A DNA stretch of 64,000 nt, taken from the NCBI RefSeq assembly GCF_009914755.1, contig NC_060937.1. One strand, 5' to 3'. Below are positions 60,060 to 64,000 of the stretch, piece after piece. The notes beneath the pieces were generated by a model, which saw only the letters and a program-made list of their open reading frames with translations, had not been told where the DNA came from and made no database searches. How positions within the stretch are numbered: position 1 is the first letter of the stretch; every line of letters begins with the position of its first letter. A program made the translations under genes and the position numbers. This stretch comes from the human T2T-CHM13v2.0 reference genome, Homo sapiens.

Positions 60060-60290
60060 TTTTGTTTGAAGCATTTTAACATATATTAACTCACTGATTC
60101 CTTATGACTGCTTTATTAAGTAAGTATTATATGTTTATATTCATTTTGCAGATTATAAAACTGAGGCATGGAGCCATGAAGTAATAAATTCAGGTTTATA
60201 TCATTGGTCACGTATCAAAGTCACTTTTGAAATTCAGGCAGTTGGGTTCCAAAGTCTGTGCTGTTGAACAGTTTGCTACACTGCCTCTCA
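60060..60290 (-). mobile_element. MIR SINE
   Basis: 'cattttgcagattataaaactgaggcatggag...aattcaggcagttgggttccaaagtctgtgct'. Confidence 0.7.
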
Positions 60291-60472
60291 TTTTTGCTTA
60301 TAAGATATTACAGGTGTTGTTATAGATTATTTCCAAGATCTCTTTCTGATCACAAATGCTCAAACCCCATGATAATTACTTAAAATATAAAAGCTAAGAG
60401 ATCAGACTGTGTTTCAGCCTGTTTGGTTGGAATAGTTTATGTGTTTAATATCTTATCAAAGCTCTTCCCTGA

Positions 60473-60600
60473 TTTTTTTTTTTTGAGATGGTATCTTGCT
60501 GTATTGCCCAGGCTAAACTCAAATTCCTGGTCTCAAGTGATCCTCTCACCTCAGCCTCCCAAGTAGCTAAGACTACAGGTGCACATTACTGCACCTGGCT
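60473..60600 (-). mobile_element. FLAM (free left Alu monomer, FLAM_A-like)
   Basis: Single monomer with a T tail and 'cctcccaagtagctaagactacagg'. Confidence 0.85.
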
Positions 60601-61190
60601 TTCTAATCTTAATGTGAGACTCTGCATTCCTCCATTTATATTCCTTTTTACAGAAGATTTCATTTGCAATTAGTAAACCTTTTAATCGATCATTAAAATT
60701 AAAGTAGCAAAAATATCATTTATAAAGGCACATGCTCAGCAGAAAACACTGGTCAAAATAATTAACACATGTTTGCAGATTTAATGCAACTGTTGGACCT
60801 GTTATACAAACTCACCTTTTAATAACATCCAGGGGCAAAATGCCCACCTTTATGCCATGTTGCAAAACATTTTATTCATTTATCTGTATTTTTAACGAAC
60901 ATTTGTTGAATATCAACTTGTGCACAACAATCTTGGGTACCAGGATATAAATATAAATGGCTGTAGAGCAAATATCAGGGTTTATGACACTAAAATATGG
61001 GTGATATAAGAAAGAATATCATTATCATTATAAATAATAACAATAATTATTTGCCTTTATGTGCACTTCATTTTTAACTAATATTATTCTCACCACAACA
61101 TTTAAGGTCTCTAGCTCTAACTTATGCTATATTAATTATAGGGATTGGAAAACTTTCATGCAATCATACTCAAAGAAATACAGTACAGTT

Positions 61191-61348
61191 AACCGGGTGT
61201 GACGGCATGTTCCTATAGTCCCAGCTACTTGGGAAGCTGAGACACGAGGATTACTTCAGGAATTCAAGGCTGCAATGAGCTATGATAGTGCTTGTGAACA
61301 GCCACTACATTCCAGCCTAGGCAATAAAGTGAGAGCCCATATTAAAAA
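61191..61348 (+). mobile_element. FAM (fossil Alu monomer)
   Basis: Monomer retaining the 7SL-like segment 'gtgcttgtgaacagccactacattccagcc' that dimeric Alus lack. Confidence 0.8.
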
Positions 61349-61829
61349 ATTTAAATTAGGATAAAAAAATTGTAAAAGAATTATAATACATTTAATTATA
61401 TAAAACTATAAATGTTATAAATGAGATAAAGTATTCAATAAAGGCACAAAGAAAAGAAAACATAAACAGCCCACAAAATTTCTAAATTAAAAATAAGTGG
61501 AAGCAGTGATGAAGTCTCAGAATGCTGTTTGTCTTGGGATGTAGTTCACTAGGGTATAAGTCTCGTAAGTTTTCACTCCCCATATCTAATAATTGCTTGG
61601 CCTACTGCTGTGCTCAAAGTACATGCTCAATAAATATATGCACAATGCAAAAGCTCTTATTTTACTTCTTTACTTTTACAATCTGAAGGTATGCCAATGT
61701 GGCAAATATCTGATGACATATCCATTAGGAGAACTCTTCTGCAGATTAATTTCTTAGGCATCTTGACAACTGTTTACATCTTGAAATATACGATTGGTCT
61801 TTGGACTTTGGACTTTAAAACAATGTAAT

Positions 61830-62570
61830 TTATTGTCTTTTTACATTTTAACCATGCTTCCCTTTTTTCAAAGCCTCCTCTCCACTCTTTCCTAAAAGTA
61901 GATATTACTCAAGATTTTATCTTTAGCTCTTCCTTGTCTCTCAAAATCCTTATACCCAGAAAGTTCCATTCATTCCAATTTCCAATCTTCAAGTGAGGTA
62001 AGCAGGGGTCCCCACTGATACCAATACAGTCTACTAACCCTGGATACCAGCCCCTGATTATTCTACCGTTATCTCAAGTGCAACATTTCCATGAATTTGT
62101 TATCTTTTTCCTCATTCTGTATTCCCTTCCTGTTGCACCATCCATCAAGTCATACAAACCAGGCATTTGGAAGACATTAACTTATGATTTCACCTGTTCC
62201 ATCTATCCTTGCCTACCCACAAGCTTCTAATCTGTGACTAAATTCCATGGGTTCTACCCCTTGAGGCACTGTCACGTCCATCTGCTTTTCCCCATTTTTG
62301 TGGTCACTGTTTCAGTAAAGGCTCTTTTTATTTTCCACAGGGACTGTTATAATAATCTTCTAACTAGCCTTCTTGCCTCCATTTGTAGTACACTTTCCAA
62401 TTTGTCCCACAATGGGATGCTAGAGTCTTACTTATACTATGCAAATTTTGTTATGTAATGTACTGTCTTAAAAATCTTCCATATTTCCTCATTCTTTTCA
62501 AGATAAAAATCTAAACACAAGAATAAATGAGAGCCATTATTATCTGGTTCCTGCCCATTTCTCCAGCCAT
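61830..62570 (+). mobile_element. L2 LINE remnant
   Basis: 'tatctcaagtgcaacatttcc...caccatccatcaagtcatacaaaccagg...gactgttataataatcttctaactagcctt'. Confidence 0.7.
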
Positions 62571-62747
62571 CTTTAAACAGTAATAATGATGGTTATCATA
62601 GGATGTGCCAAGCACTGTTGAAATGTCTTCATACACTATTTTATTTACTCTTTCTAGCAATCCTAGGAAGTGAGATTTAAGACCCCCAGTTTTATAAGTA
62701 ATGTTTCCATAACAACTAACATCTACAGTCATGGAATAAGAAAATGA

Positions 62748-63121
<374 letters not shown>

Positions 63122-63214
63122 TCAAAAAGATTATTTACTATTTCCCCTAAATTTCCTACTCACCTCTCCTTCTCATTCTCCATCTGTACCCTCTTCTCTT
63201 CAGGTTGTCACCTG

Positions 63215-63380
63215 TAGCCTTTAAGTACCTTAGAATCTATAATCACTTGTGGAGATGTTTAAAATTCCAATGGCCGGGCTTCATTCAGCTCTTGAGATTC
63301 TTAAGGTGAAGCCTGTGCATCAGAATTTTTTTAAAGCAACCCAGTTTTTTCTAAGGTGTAGCCAGGTTTGAGACCTACTG
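63215..63380. mobile_element. MER5-family MITE
   Basis: 'aatcacttgtggagatgtttaaaattccaatggccgggc...agccaggtttgagacctactg'. Confidence 0.7.
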
Positions 63381-64000
63381 CCTAGCAAAACTAAATTATA
63401 TATAGTTGTACCAAACATAATGTAACCTCCATTAGCCCTGATCCCAGTGATTGTAACTATTTCTCCCCATATAATTGTCTGTAGGGAATGTTTGGGCTTC
63501 CCACAGCTTCATGGCTCCCTTCAATTTACAATTGACATGACTGGCAGTCAGTAGACTGCCAACAATAACTTGTAAAATAAATAATTGAATAAGACTTGTT
63601 GATTGCTCTTATAAGTACTTTGTAGGAATTCTTAATGTAAGCACTGAAAATTAATATCTTGAAGTTCCTTAAATTTTGCAGGGCAAAGGGAGGAATGAAA
63701 GCACTGAAAAAAACAATTTCAATACATGAAATTATTTACACATAAAATGTGTCAGTTTCCTCCTGAGAAAAGGCTTAAAAAAAAAAAAGCTCTCACTTAA
63801 TTAAAGGCCAAAAAAGTTTTTTTCCCCCAAAGTTTTAAACTCATTAGCATCTTGCAGATATATGTGAAAAACTATAGTCTAGATAAAGATAACAAAGACA
63901 ACAGAGAGGTCTTGTTTTCCTAGTTAACACCCTCCTCTCCTCAGAAAAAGGTGACTTTAAAAGCTACATCTTTATGCAACTGCCATTTTTTCCCCAGTGA

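Overview
AT-rich, CpG-poor primate DNA, almost certainly human, with no protein-coding exon that I can support. The listed ORFs come from Alus, simple repeats or chance. The window reads as the interior of a very large intron or gene desert. It contains a full-length processed RPL21 pseudogene, about 20 Alu or Alu-monomer insertions, short L1 3' ends, L2/L3/MIR relics, MaLR LTRs (THE1A, MLT1), DNA-transposon MITEs (MER44, MER58A, MER33, MER5) and microsatellites. Two repeat-free, motif-dense blocks at ~24.2-25.4 kb and ~56.5-57.6 kb look like conserved developmental enhancers. From unverified memory, these blocks plus the RPL21 pseudogene fit intron 1 of DACH1 (13q21, minus strand). The most unusual structure is a ~1.3-kb two-armed minisatellite (31321-32620) whose arms are reverse complements of each other, so it forms a giant imperfect palindrome built from small palindromes. 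I found no evidence of a novel protein-based system. Repeat subfamily calls are by eye and boundaries of old repeats are approximate.
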